From positions 1-64,000 of IMG/VR virus record IMGVR_UViG_3300027708_002747: a stretch of DNA of 64,000 nt. One strand, 5' to 3'. The notes beneath the pieces are model-generated. The model was given only the letters and a program-made list of their open reading frames with translations. It was not told the origin of the DNA and did no database searches. The DNA is from a virus. Made by a program: the position numbers and the translations under genes. Of this stretch, positions 29,165 to 39,455 are shown piece by piece (position 1 is the stretch's first letter; each line of letters opens with the position of its first letter).

Positions 29165-29904
29165 TGACAAGAAGAAAAACAATTAGCAAAGACACTCAGT
29201 ATATTCCTACTGACGCTAAACCAAAAATGTCTAAGAAAGACCAAATTAGTGGTATGATTAAAAAGAGTAAGGATAAATTCTTAACTCAAAGTCAAAGAGA
29301 GTATTACGATAAATTAATTAGAAATCAAATTACAATTTGTTCAGGTCCAGCCGGTGTCGGTAAAAGTTTTATAGCTATGAAAGCGGCAGTTGATTTAATC
29401 GCGGACCACACATCACCTTATGAAAAAATTATTATAGTTAGACCCGCAGTTGAAGCTGAGGAAAAACTTGGTTCGTTACCTGGTAACGTTGAGGAAAAAT
29501 TGGACCCATATATTTTTCCATCTTACTACCTGTTAAATAAAATTATAGGTAAAGAAGCGAGAGAAAAATTAAAACAAATGGAGGTTATTGAAGTTTTTGC
29601 TTTAGCGTATATGAGAGGGATGAATATTGATAATTCTATTTTAATATTTGAAGAAGCTCAAAACGCAACTCCAAAACAAATGAAGTTATTATTAACTCGT
29701 ATTGGAACAGATAGTAAATTTTTTATATCAGGAGATTTAGAACAAACTGACAGATATAAAGATAAAAAACATTCAGGGTTGTGGGACGCTATTGAAAAAT
29801 TTAAAAATATTTCTGAAATTGGTGTTCATGAATTTGGTGATGAGGATGTTGTTAGAAACCCATTAATTACTGAAATCTTAAAAAGATATGAAGATAGGAA
29901 TTGA
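29164..29904 (+). CDS. phoH: PhoH-family ATPase
   Basis: GPAGVGKS, RPAVEA.EKLG.LPG, LAYMRG, EAQN, LLTRIG, VVRNPL. Confidence 0.95.
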   Translation: MTRRKTISKDTQYIPTDAKPKMSKKDQISGMIKKSKDKFLTQSQREYYDKLIRNQITICSGPAGVGKSFIAMKAAVDLIADHTSPYEKIIIVRPAVEAEEKLGSLPGNVEEKLDPYIFPSYYLLNKIIGKEAREKLKQMEVIEVFALAYMRGMNIDNSILIFEEAQNATPKQMKLLLTRIGTDSKFFISGDLEQTDRYKDKKHSGLWDAIEKFKNISEIGVHEFGDEDVVRNPLITEILKRYEDRN

Positions 29905-30481
29905 GATTAATGGTGTTTTAAGGGATACTATTGGTAAGTTTAAAACCACATATGAAAAATTTTTAATAGATAATAACTTAGAAAATTCTGAATCTGAGAA
30001 TCCGTTTGAATATAAAATTAGTGAACCAATTGATTCATTAGATTTAACAAATCACTTTTCATTTCAATCAAAAGAAGAATTTTTTAGTTTTTTATATGAG
30101 GAGTTTCCTATGGAAATTTTTGGTCATTCTCCATCAACTGAGTTATCATCACTTAATGATTTAAATGATTTGTATATTAATCTAAGAGATAAAGTTGATT
30201 TTATTATTATATCAGATGAAATATCAAAATCAAAACCAGCTACTTTATTTTTCTTATCCAAATTTGGTTGTCTTATTGAAAAAATATTTTTTTATAATGA
30301 TATAACAAAAAATAAACTATTAGATGAATTAGATTTAATAGTTACTTCTAACCCTGATATTATTATTAATTACAAAGATAAAGTTGTTAAATATGAGACA
30401 ACTTATAATAATAAACTTAATTCAAAAGTTTCAATAACAAAACTAAAAGAATTAGAACCAATAATTACTGAAAAACTATAA
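29888..30481 (+). CDS. HAD-like 5'(3')-deoxynucleotidase homolog with degenerate catalytic motif
   Basis: MKIGIEINGVLRD, compared with canonical IGID.DGVL.D. Confidence 0.55.
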   Translation: MKIGIEINGVLRDTIGKFKTTYEKFLIDNNLENSESENPFEYKISEPIDSLDLTNHFSFQSKEEFFSFLYEEFPMEIFGHSPSTELSSLNDLNDLYINLRDKVDFIIISDEISKSKPATLFFLSKFGCLIEKIFFYNDITKNKLLDELDLIVTSNPDIIINYKDKVVKYETTYNNKLNSKVSITKLKELEPIITEKL

Positions 30482-30747
30482 TGTTACCCATTTTAAATGA
30501 AAATTATTATATTGATTTAGAAGAAATTAATTCTTTAATCAATATTGAGCCGACTGAACCAATATCAGGTGAAACAGGTCAACATATTAGTGTTGTTCAG
30601 TACGAACTCATTAAAATAATGATAGAAGTCATTATGAGTGAACAAGAAGAAGTTGATGAAAAATTGGGCGCAAAATCTCAATTATCAATCCCATTCAAAT
30701 TGGCATTTAATACACTATTAAATAATAAAACTATAAAAAAATACTAA
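30481..30747 (+). CDS. Hypothetical protein
   Basis: Coupled ORF in operon. Confidence 0.6.
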   Translation: MLPILNENYYIDLEEINSLINIEPTEPISGETGQHISVVQYELIKIMIEVIMSEQEEVDEKLGAKSQLSIPFKLAFNTLLNNKTIKKY

Positions 30748-30750
30748 AAT

Positions 30751-31809
30751 ATGGAAGATAGAATTTTAAAGATTGGAGAATCAATCTCAAATCTAAAAAA
30801 CAAAAAAAATAAAATATATTTTTTTGTACAAGACACTAAAGGTAATGCTAAAGCGTCCGTAAGGTACATTTATCAAATGGCAAATGCTTTACTTAAGGAA
30901 GGATATAACCCGATTATTTTACATGAAAAACCTGATTATTTTGGTGTTTCTAGTTGGTTAGGTGAACAATATTCTAATTTACCTCACCAATCAATTGAGG
31001 GTCAAAACTTACAAGTGGCACCTGAAGACTTTATTATTATTCCCGAAATTTTCGGTTATGTAATGTCACAATTAACGAATGTTAAATGTACAAAAATTGT
31101 GTTATCACAAGCGTACGACCAAATTTTTGAGACATTACAACCAGGTCAATCATGGACACAATTTGGGTTTACAAAATGTATTACAACTTCAGACACTCAA
31201 AAAAAATATATTTCACAGTACATTAAAAATGTCTCAACCGAAATTATTGAACCTGTGACTTCTGAGATTTTTCAAAAATCAAAGTATCCTGCAAAACCAA
31301 TTATTGCAATCTCCTCAAGAGAACAAAGAGATGCTATCAATGTGATTAAATCATTTTATCAAAGATATCCTCAATTTAGATGGATTACTTTCAGAGATAT
31401 GAGAGGATTAAGTGAGGAAGAATTTGCTAACACATTAAAAGATTGTATGTTATCTGTTTGGGATGATAGAACAAGTGCGTTTGGTACATTCCCATTAGAG
31501 TCCATGAAGTGTGGAGTACCTGTAATTGGTGTTATACCAAAGATGGTACCTGAATGGATGAATGAAGATAATGGAATTTGGATACAAGACGAATTAAATT
31601 TAGTCAACTTTATTGGTGAGTATATTCAAAATTGGTTAGAAGATAATATCTCAGAAGAGATATATAATGGAATGGAAAAATGTTCGTTAAAATATAGTGA
31701 TGTTAATAATTTTGAAAATAAAATTATTTCATTATTTGACGAATATACCAAATCAAAATTAAACGTTTTTGAAACCGAATACAATAAATTACAACTTATA
31801 GAACAATAA
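30751..31809 (+). CDS. GT-B (GT4-like) glycosyltransferase
   Basis: IIIPE, FGTFPLESMKCGVPVIG. Confidence 0.75.
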   Translation: MEDRILKIGESISNLKNKKNKIYFFVQDTKGNAKASVRYIYQMANALLKEGYNPIILHEKPDYFGVSSWLGEQYSNLPHQSIEGQNLQVAPEDFIIIPEIFGYVMSQLTNVKCTKIVLSQAYDQIFETLQPGQSWTQFGFTKCITTSDTQKKYISQYIKNVSTEIIEPVTSEIFQKSKYPAKPIIAISSREQRDAINVIKSFYQRYPQFRWITFRDMRGLSEEEFANTLKDCMLSVWDDRTSAFGTFPLESMKCGVPVIGVIPKMVPEWMNEDNGIWIQDELNLVNFIGEYIQNWLEDNISEEIYNGMEKCSLKYSDVNNFENKIISLFDEYTKSKLNVFETEYNKLQLIEQ

Positions 31810-31813
31810 AATT

Positions 31814-32620
31814 ATGGAGAATATTTTAGATTTAAGCGTCATCTTACCAATTAAAACAAATTTAGTTAAAGATTTTGTAGAACTTTTTAGTAAATCGATT
31901 GAATCAATTCAATTACAACCTATTAAACCTAAAGAATTAATAATTGTTCACTCAGGTGAAGAAAATTTAATTGATTTTTTAGAATCATATGATTTTGGAG
32001 ATTTAAATGTTAGAAAAATTAAATTTGAAGAGGAGCCTAATTTTTCGTCTCAAGTTAATTTAGGTATTGAAAAATCAAATACTAAATGGGTTAGTATCTT
32101 AGAATTTGATGATGAGTATGCCAAAATTTGGTTTAAAAATGTTAAATCATATATTGAAGTTTATCCTGACGTAGATGCATTTCTACCAATAGTGGTTGAT
32201 GTTGATAACAAAATGGTATTTGCAGGATTTACTAATGAGGCAACATTTGCAGCCAATTTTAGTCAAGAAATGGGTTACCTAACAAATGAAACATTATTAA
32301 ATTATCAAAATTTCCAAACCTCAGGTATGGTATTTAAGAAATTGATTGTTGAGGATTTTGGAGGATTTAAACCAAGTTTTAAATTAACATTCCCTTATGA
32401 ATTTTTATTGAGAATGACTTATAACTCGGCAAAAATTATGACAATTCCTAAAATTGGTTACAAACATATGAACCTTAGAGAAGGGTCATTATTTTGGGAA
32501 TACAAAAATGGTGAAAATAAAGTTGGGGAAAGTGAAGTTCAGTTTTGGGTATCTTTGGCAAAAAAAGAGTATTTCTTTTCTACCGACAGGAACATAAAAT
32601 ATTCTCAAGAAAATGCTTGA
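31814..32620 (+). CDS. GT2 glycosyltransferase
   Basis: SVILPI, N.GIEK, SILEFDD, GGF, EFLLR. Confidence 0.75.
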   Translation: MENILDLSVILPIKTNLVKDFVELFSKSIESIQLQPIKPKELIIVHSGEENLIDFLESYDFGDLNVRKIKFEEEPNFSSQVNLGIEKSNTKWVSILEFDDEYAKIWFKNVKSYIEVYPDVDAFLPIVVDVDNKMVFAGFTNEATFAANFSQEMGYLTNETLLNYQNFQTSGMVFKKLIVEDFGGFKPSFKLTFPYEFLLRMTYNSAKIMTIPKIGYKHMNLREGSLFWEYKNGENKVGESEVQFWVSLAKKEYFFSTDRNIKYSQENA

Positions 32621-33357
32621 TGACTATAAGTTCAAGTACTGAGATGATTGAAGTTTCTAAAAAAAAGAAACCAACCACTGAAAATTATTTTGACATAAGA
32701 GAAGAAAATGCGGTTAGAATGTTTCTAACCGCATCTACTTTTGATGAAAAAAACAAAATATATAACGACTTTTTGAGACATCCTTTAGATAAAATGATAT
32801 CCTCAATTATTCGAAGATATAAGTTGTATAGAAAAGACATGGATTTTATCGATATCCATACTGATACACATTCTTTTTTGATGACAAAAATTGACAAATT
32901 TAGTCCCTCAAAAGAAAAAAAAGCATATTCTTATTTTGGTACAATCTGTAAAAACTATTTAATGGGACAGATTTTAAAAGACCAAAAAGAAATGAATCGA
33001 AAAGTGTCTTATGAAGACATATCAGGTGATTTAGAAAATAGAGCTGAAATGGTTTATTACTTGGATGTTGAACCGGATGTTGAAGTAAATGTTATACCAA
33101 TTTTAAAATCATACATTAAAAATGTTTTAGAAGAAAATGATTTAAATGAAAATGAAATAAAATTGGGTATTGCGTTAATTGAAGTATTAGATAATTACGA
33201 AACAATATTTCCGGCAAGCGATAATAATAAGTTTAACAAAAATGTAATTCTTTTGTCTTTAAGAGAAATGACGAATCTTTCAACTAAAGAAATAAGAGCT
33301 TCCATGAAAAAATATAAAAAAATATATTTAGGTCTTATAGAAATCAAACCAGATTAA
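32620..33357 (+). CDS. T4 gp55-like late sigma factor
   Basis: KF.P.K.KKAYSYFGTICKNYL resembles sigma region 2 as found in gp55 homologs. Start taken at MTISS, overlapping the previous stop. Confidence 0.6.
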   Translation: MTISSSTEMIEVSKKKKPTTENYFDIREENAVRMFLTASTFDEKNKIYNDFLRHPLDKMISSIIRRYKLYRKDMDFIDIHTDTHSFLMTKIDKFSPSKEKKAYSYFGTICKNYLMGQILKDQKEMNRKVSYEDISGDLENRAEMVYYLDVEPDVEVNVIPILKSYIKNVLEENDLNENEIKLGIALIEVLDNYETIFPASDNNKFNKNVILLSLREMTNLSTKEIRASMKKYKKIYLGLIEIKPD

Positions 33358-33372
33358 TTTTTTTTTAAAAAC

Positions 33373-33379
33373 TATTTAT
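33373..33379 (+). promoter_or_regulatory. TATTTAT motif (putative late promoter)
   Basis: Ends 4 nt before the ATG at 33384, at the start of the structural block. Confidence 0.5.
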
Positions 33380-33383
33380 TGGT

Positions 33384-33746
33384 ATGACTAAACCAAAGAA
33401 AAAACAAATTAATTTTACTAAAGACTCAATCCTTGTTTTAATGCAGGAAATTTATAATGAGTTGGTTGAGCAACGTTCAACTGCAATCAGAATCCAAAAT
33501 AAAATGGTTTCTATGATGAAGGAACCTGAAGACATGACTCTAATTGGGCCTGTTATCGAAAAACAACAGAAAATAATCAACGACTGTGTTGATAAAAAAT
33601 TACAACTTTCAAAATTACAATCAGGTATTTGGGAAAAACAAAGTTCAAAAGAAGATTCATTTGATATCTCAAATATGGATGATGATGTTTTACAAGGTTT
33701 ATTAGATAAAGATATAAATTCTGATAATCAAAAATTTAGTTTGTAA
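33384..33746 (+). CDS. Hypothetical coiled-coil protein
   Basis: ORF preceded by TATTTAT. Confidence 0.6.
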   Translation: MTKPKKKQINFTKDSILVLMQEIYNELVEQRSTAIRIQNKMVSMMKEPEDMTLIGPVIEKQQKIINDCVDKKLQLSKLQSGIWEKQSSKEDSFDISNMDDDVLQGLLDKDINSDNQKFSL

Positions 33747-35668
33747 TGGCAATTAGTATTGAGGAAGGTTTTGAACAAAGTAAGAATAAACTTAAAGTTT
33801 ATAAAACTTTTGTGCAATCAAAAGCTGAAATTAAAAAACAAAAACTCAAAAACAAACTTGACGAAAAAAAACTTGCAAGACAACAAAAATCATTAGAAAG
33901 AGCAAAAAAAAACCAAGAAAGAAAAGAAAAAGCTCAATCAAGTTATGACCAACTTATTGATATTTTACAAATGGCCAAAGGTGCCGCAAAGCCAAAAGAT
34001 AATTATATTACAAAACTTTTAATTAAAGTTGCTAAAGATATTAAACCAAAAATCTCTGAAATAGTTTCAGAAGAAATGTTAAAATCTTTAAATTGTTCTG
34101 AAGAAAGTACCTACAACAATGATGTAATATATATTAAAGTCAGTACTTTAGATTTAGGAAAAATATTACTTATAAATCCAACAGATACCTGGGGGAAATG
34201 TATATATGAACGAAATCCTTATGACGGTGTGTCAAATTTAAAATCAACAAATCAACTTTTATATTATTTAATCCAAACACCTAACTCTCTTTCTCAGGGT
34301 GGTATTAACGGTATTACCAATCCTGTTAATACTCAATATAAAGGATTAAGTGGACAAAATCTTTTTGATATACAATTTGTAACGTCAGATGGTAATGGTA
34401 CTCCAGGTCAATATTATAAAATTACATTAGCAAATCGAGCATTACAATTAAATCGAGTTTCTGACTTTATTGTTGATTATTTTAAAACTAACTCATTATT
34501 AGATTTAAGATTTTTATTAACAACTTTAATTGATATTGTTTTAGGTAGTGTATCGGCAGATTTAAAGTTCGGAGATAACCAACTAGACGACTCAACAAAA
34601 TTTGGTTTAATAATACAAAGGATATTAGGTCAATGTCAGGATTATAATGTTGAAATTGATGTTGGGGGTCAAGCAAAATACCCGGAAGTTGACAATTCCA
34701 CAGATACTATTTTTGAAATGGAATCTAATGATTTGAGTTTTATAAATGAAAGAGTCCAATCGATTAAATCAGGTATTAGAGAATTTGTTGATTGTGGAAA
34801 CATTGCATTACCAATATCAGGTACAAATTATTTATCGGACAATATTAATCAAGTAGGTGATAATGGAGAAAATTTTGAAAATGAAATTAATAACATTATA
34901 ACTAATTTAGTTAACGACCCAAGGTGGGTTGCTAATTTTCCATTCCCTGATGATTTATCATTAAGTATAAATAAAGATTTAATACAACAATTACCGTTAG
35001 CAATAATTAAATCTATTTTAACACCAAAAGTATTATTACCATATGTTATTATGGCAAAAGCTGTAAATAATATGTTTAATGATTCTATCGAGGGTTATAA
35101 TAATTTTTTAAGAAATAATAGAGCGTTAATTGATGGGATTACAAGTAGAATAATTGCATTATTTTTAGAAGCTTTATTAATTGAAATTAAAAAGATTGTT
35201 ATTGCTCTGGCTAAAACAATTGTTCAAGACATGACTGGTGAAAAAAAGGCAACAATTGCAAGAGTTATAAATAATATTGTTTCATTATCTGTTTTTATTG
35301 CTCAAACAATTAATGATTTTAGAGAATGTAGAAGTTTAGTAGACACGTTATTAAGATTATTCCAACTAAGAATTCCACTACCAAAACAAATCACACCGAC
35401 ACCAATTTTAGCATTATCTGACATATTAGATGGAGCGTCAACTAATAGAGCTTATATGAATCATTTAGAGTTTTTACAAAGTTTAGGATTACCAACAGGA
35501 CCAAATCCTAATGGAACTCCAATGTATTCAAATATGGAAGGATTCTCAATAATGCAAGGATTAAATAAAGAAAAGGAAGAGAATGGTAAAACAGAAATGT
35601 TTATCAAACCAATACCTATCGCAGGATACGCAACCAGCCCAGTCAGAGTTACAGGAAAATACTTTTAA
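33746..35668 (+). CDS. Hypothetical protein, probably tail/baseplate-associated
   Basis: 640 aa ORF upstream of the gp5-like gene; function inferred from context only. Confidence 0.45.
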   Translation: MAISIEEGFEQSKNKLKVYKTFVQSKAEIKKQKLKNKLDEKKLARQQKSLERAKKNQERKEKAQSSYDQLIDILQMAKGAAKPKDNYITKLLIKVAKDIKPKISEIVSEEMLKSLNCSEESTYNNDVIYIKVSTLDLGKILLINPTDTWGKCIYERNPYDGVSNLKSTNQLLYYLIQTPNSLSQGGINGITNPVNTQYKGLSGQNLFDIQFVTSDGNGTPGQYYKITLANRALQLNRVSDFIVDYFKTNSLLDLRFLLTTLIDIVLGSVSADLKFGDNQLDDSTKFGLIIQRILGQCQDYNVEIDVGGQAKYPEVDNSTDTIFEMESNDLSFINERVQSIKSGIREFVDCGNIALPISGTNYLSDNINQVGDNGENFENEINNIITNLVNDPRWVANFPFPDDLSLSINKDLIQQLPLAIIKSILTPKVLLPYVIMAKAVNNMFNDSIEGYNNFLRNNRALIDGITSRIIALFLEALLIEIKKIVIALAKTIVQDMTGEKKATIARVINNIVSLSVFIAQTINDFRECRSLVDTLLRLFQLRIPLPKQITPTPILALSDILDGASTNRAYMNHLEFLQSLGLPTGPNPNGTPMYSNMEGFSIMQGLNKEKEENGKTEMFIKPIPIAGYATSPVRVTGKYF

Positions 35669-35669
35669 T

Positions 35670-35867
35670 ATGGACCAAAAAATATTTAATATAATAAAAG
35701 AACATAAGGATAGACCAAATAGAGATTTGGAAACTGCCATGAACTATCTAAATGAAGAATTTGAAAAAACTAAAGATTTAATAGTTAAATTATCTAAACA
35801 TTTAGATAATGTTGAATTTAACTATAATAAAGTGTTAAAAGAACACGAATCTCGTAAAAAATCATGA
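35670..35867 (+). CDS. Small coiled-coil protein
   Basis: Start taken at MDQKIF; coupled to neighbouring genes. Confidence 0.6.
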   Translation: MDQKIFNIIKEHKDRPNRDLETAMNYLNEEFEKTKDLIVKLSKHLDNVEFNYNKVLKEHESRKKS

Positions 35868-37426
35868 TTAAAAAAATAATATACGGTGGTAGAGTAATTG
35901 CCAACAATGACCCATGGATGATTGGACGTATTAGAATTCATCCTGATGATGAGGTTATTCAACAAATTTTAAATTCCATAAAAGGACAATATAATTCACA
36001 AGGAGTTTCAATACTAAATGATAATCAAAGTGATATTCGAGATGTTTTCCAATTTACATCTAAAGACCCATTTGTTTATTTACCTTTATTACCTATAAAT
36101 CTTTCAATTTTACCTGAAATAAATGAGTATGTTAATATCATTTATTCTAATAAAGAAGAAAATACAGGTAGAAAAAACCAATATTATGTTGCGAGTACTA
36201 AAAGTACTGTTATGAATATTGCGTATGAACAAAATTCTGCAACAAAATCAATTTTAGCTGAAGGGTCGAATATTGCCCAAAACTTATCAATTAAAAACTA
36301 CGATGGTACATACCCAAACACAAAATCTAAAGGTGTTTTTGCGGAACCTCAAGATATTGGTATTTACTCAAAAGGAAGGTCTGATATTATTTTAAAAGAT
36401 GGTGAGGTTTTAATTAGAGCCGTAAAAACAACATCACTTGAACAAACACAAAGACCTCAGGTTAATCAAAAAAGAACTTTTTTACAATTATCGTATTTTG
36501 ATAAAAAATTAACTTACTTACCTGAAAAAACTATTCAAGTACCATTTTTGGTTGATAATAATGTAAAAAAATTATTAGAGTATGATGTTATTAACATTAA
36601 TAACTCAACACAGGGAAATTACACTGGTAGTATAACAATTTATAATTTACCACCTATTGATTTAACAAAAGTTTCAGTATTCAACCAAGATACATCATTA
36701 CCCTCGACTGTAACAACACCGGCTTATATTGACGAATTTATTAATTTATCCGAAGAAGAATTAGTATTAAGAATTAATGATGCGATTGGTGGATTAAATA
36801 GAGGTAAAGTTGAGGGGTATAATAAACCTGATTATTTTGCAACTGATGGTGAAAGATTTCCATTTTATTATAGACCCGGTGTTAATTTAAAAACTGCGTT
36901 ACAAAACCCAATAGTGTCGGCTAGTTATATAAACGCTGCTTCAATAACTAATAAAATTAAATTTGTCGGGTCAACATTGAATAAAGGTTATGATTTAGTA
37001 TCTGAACAAAATAGAACTGGAAGGATAACTGACTACTCCAAAATTAAAACACAGGATATCCAAGTTTCACCTATACAAGAAGGTTATGCGGTTTTAGGTG
37101 GTGATAATCTTTATTTATTATCTCACAATTCGTTTATACCCGGAAAACAAAAATTAAATCTTGGTGATGATACTGTTTATGGTATTCCTGTTGATGAATT
37201 ATCATTAAACTACATTAAAAATACTTCAGGGATTGTTAGAGGTGACCAATTAAAAGAACTTTTAAATTTAATAATACAGTTTTTAACTGACCATACACAC
37301 CCTTGGCACAACTTACCTCCTGACGAACAACCTTTTAGTGGTAAAGGAATATCTAAATCATTAATAACTTCAGAGATGGCATTATTCGATTCTAAAGTAA
37401 TTAATCAAAATATTAGAACGAATTGA
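35864..37426 (+). CDS. gp5-like baseplate hub/central spike protein
   Basis: N-terminal GRVIANNDP..IGRIRI (gp5/GpV OB-fold-like); C-terminal VRGDQL...HTHPWH metal-binding spike-tip motif. Confidence 0.6.
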   Translation: MIKKIIYGGRVIANNDPWMIGRIRIHPDDEVIQQILNSIKGQYNSQGVSILNDNQSDIRDVFQFTSKDPFVYLPLLPINLSILPEINEYVNIIYSNKEENTGRKNQYYVASTKSTVMNIAYEQNSATKSILAEGSNIAQNLSIKNYDGTYPNTKSKGVFAEPQDIGIYSKGRSDIILKDGEVLIRAVKTTSLEQTQRPQVNQKRTFLQLSYFDKKLTYLPEKTIQVPFLVDNNVKKLLEYDVININNSTQGNYTGSITIYNLPPIDLTKVSVFNQDTSLPSTVTTPAYIDEFINLSEEELVLRINDAIGGLNRGKVEGYNKPDYFATDGERFPFYYRPGVNLKTALQNPIVSASYINAASITNKIKFVGSTLNKGYDLVSEQNRTGRITDYSKIKTQDIQVSPIQEGYAVLGGDNLYLLSHNSFIPGKQKLNLGDDTVYGIPVDELSLNYIKNTSGIVRGDQLKELLNLIIQFLTDHTHPWHNLPPDEQPFSGKGISKSLITSEMALFDSKVINQNIRTN

Positions 37427-37445
37427 TATTTATTGAAAAAAGATA

Positions 37446-38939
37446 ATGTCAATTCATCGTTCATATTTTAATAGAAACAATACAATTCAATATAACAGTT
37501 TCACAAACACTGGTAAATCACCATGGACTGAACTGTATTTTGGGTCAGCAAACGATTCTATAAGTCCATCAGGATTTAGTCGTTTTATATTTGATTTAGA
37601 TTTGAGTTCATTAACTCAAAAGTTTTCTAATAAAACAATCTCAACAGGTTGTACAGGATTTTCAGGTATAACTCATACTTTAAGAATGACAAATACTTCG
37701 TCATTTGATAATGAGTTATTAAATGATACTACATCAATAGGTCGAAGAAGAGCCACCTCGTTTGATTTAATTTTATTTAGAATACCATTAACTTCAGGTA
37801 CTACAGGTAACCCACAACCTTGGGATGAAGGCGTTGGGTATGATTACTATAATGTAACAAAAACTTTAAATACATCTAACGGATTATTAACACCAATTGC
37901 CTTACCACAAGATAAGTCATCTTCCCAAAGGCCATCTAATTGGTTTCAAACTACAACATTAAGTGGATGGAGCACTAATGGAATATATAATAATACCAAT
38001 GGTGGTAATGTTAATTATTCAGATTTAATTATTGTCGATACTCAACACTTTGAATTTGGTAATGAAGATATTGAGTTTAATATGACAAATGAAATTAATC
38101 AATACCTTACAGGTTCCACATCAGGATTTACAGGATGGGGTATTGCTTATTTACCTCAGTTAGAAAATTTGACAGGGTTAACTGAAAATTATTCTGTTGG
38201 ATTTTTTACAAGACACACACAAACATTTTATGACCCGTTTTTAGAAACAAACTATGATGATTTAGTCCAAGATGACAGAAACTCTTTTTATTCTAATAAA
38301 AGTAATAGTTTATATCTTTATACTTACATTGATGGTGACCCAATTACGTTAGATAATTTACCAATAGTCACCATTGAAAATAATAATGGCAATGTTGTTG
38401 GGGTCTATACATCTTGTACTAAAACTCAAGGTGTTTATGAAATAACTACTACATCAATGACTGCAACAACACCTTGTATGTTTACAGATACTTGGTCTAA
38501 CTTATCATATAATAACGTTTCAATACCAAATGTTGTAAACGATTTAACATTACTACCGTATAAATTTGGATTTTCTTTGTCTCCAAATAGTAAAGAACCT
38601 GAATTATACGGTTTTGACTTTTATGGTATTAAACAAGATGAAAAAGTTTTAAATACAGATATTCGTAGAGTTGGTGTTGTAATTAAAAAAGCATATACCT
38701 CATCACAGATATTAACACCTGTAAGTTCTTATTATAGAGTTTATGTTATGGAAGGAACAACAGAAGTTCAAGTTCAAGATTGGACACAAGTTAATAGAAG
38801 TTCCAATGAATATTATTTTGTGTTTGATACGAGAGATAAAATACCTAATGAATATAATATTGATATTAAAGTTTATTCTTCGGGAGAAGTTAATACTTAT
38901 AAAAAAACACTAACATTCCAAATAGTCGACAAAAAATGA
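37446..38939 (+). CDS. Putative virion structural protein
   Basis: Beta-rich composition, W.EG.G motif, several [ST]G-x-T motifs; TATTTAT at 37427-37433. Confidence 0.55.
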   Translation: MSIHRSYFNRNNTIQYNSFTNTGKSPWTELYFGSANDSISPSGFSRFIFDLDLSSLTQKFSNKTISTGCTGFSGITHTLRMTNTSSFDNELLNDTTSIGRRRATSFDLILFRIPLTSGTTGNPQPWDEGVGYDYYNVTKTLNTSNGLLTPIALPQDKSSSQRPSNWFQTTTLSGWSTNGIYNNTNGGNVNYSDLIIVDTQHFEFGNEDIEFNMTNEINQYLTGSTSGFTGWGIAYLPQLENLTGLTENYSVGFFTRHTQTFYDPFLETNYDDLVQDDRNSFYSNKSNSLYLYTYIDGDPITLDNLPIVTIENNNGNVVGVYTSCTKTQGVYEITTTSMTATTPCMFTDTWSNLSYNNVSIPNVVNDLTLLPYKFGFSLSPNSKEPELYGFDFYGIKQDEKVLNTDIRRVGVVIKKAYTSSQILTPVSSYYRVYVMEGTTEVQVQDWTQVNRSSNEYYFVFDTRDKIPNEYNIDIKVYSSGEVNTYKKTLTFQIVDKK

Positions 38940-39454
38940 AAAAAATAACACTAAAAGAAAACGAATACATTAAGTTATTAAAATTTGTTTTATCCGAAGT
39001 TTTACAACCAGGTGAAGATAAAATCGATATGATTTTAGATAAAATTAGTCAATCAGGTATGGAATCAATCACTCCTGAAGAAAAAGAAACTCTTGAAAAA
39101 TTTACTAAAGGTATTTCAATAGAAGATGAGTCATCATCTAAAGATGATTTTATGGTTAAATCAGGTGGTTTTTGGTCTTTTGAATTCCCAGGTATGCCGT
39201 CATTTAAATTTAGATATGAGTCAACTCAAGATACTGAAGATGAAAAAATACATACAGGATATTTAACAGTTGATAATAGTGATTACTACGGTGAAATTTA
39301 TTGTGATACTGAAGGTAATTTTCAAACTTGTATGTTTGAAAATACGACTGAAGGAACTAATGTATTTGAAGATTATGAAGGTATTGAACACGATATTGAA
39401 GTGTTTTTAGATGTAGTCTGTAATGACCTAAAAGAAGATGATATGATTGCGTAA
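38936..39454 (+). CDS. Hypothetical acidic protein
   Basis: IDMILDKISQSGMESITPEEKETL (DUF6576-like helix pair); N-terminal LLKFVLSE. Confidence 0.55.
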   Translation: MKKITLKENEYIKLLKFVLSEVLQPGEDKIDMILDKISQSGMESITPEEKETLEKFTKGISIEDESSSKDDFMVKSGGFWSFEFPGMPSFKFRYESTQDTEDEKIHTGYLTVDNSDYYGEIYCDTEGNFQTCMFENTTEGTNVFEDYEGIEHDIEVFLDVVCNDLKEDDMIA

Positions 39455-39455
39455 T

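Noticed and set aside
11380-32620. Bacterial O-antigen/capsule locus (prophage boundary or chimera)
   Set aside because: Interleaved and coupled with phage-type dut, exonuclease, phoH and sigma genes; no flippase, polymerase or integrase seen. A chimeric assembly cannot be fully excluded without reads.
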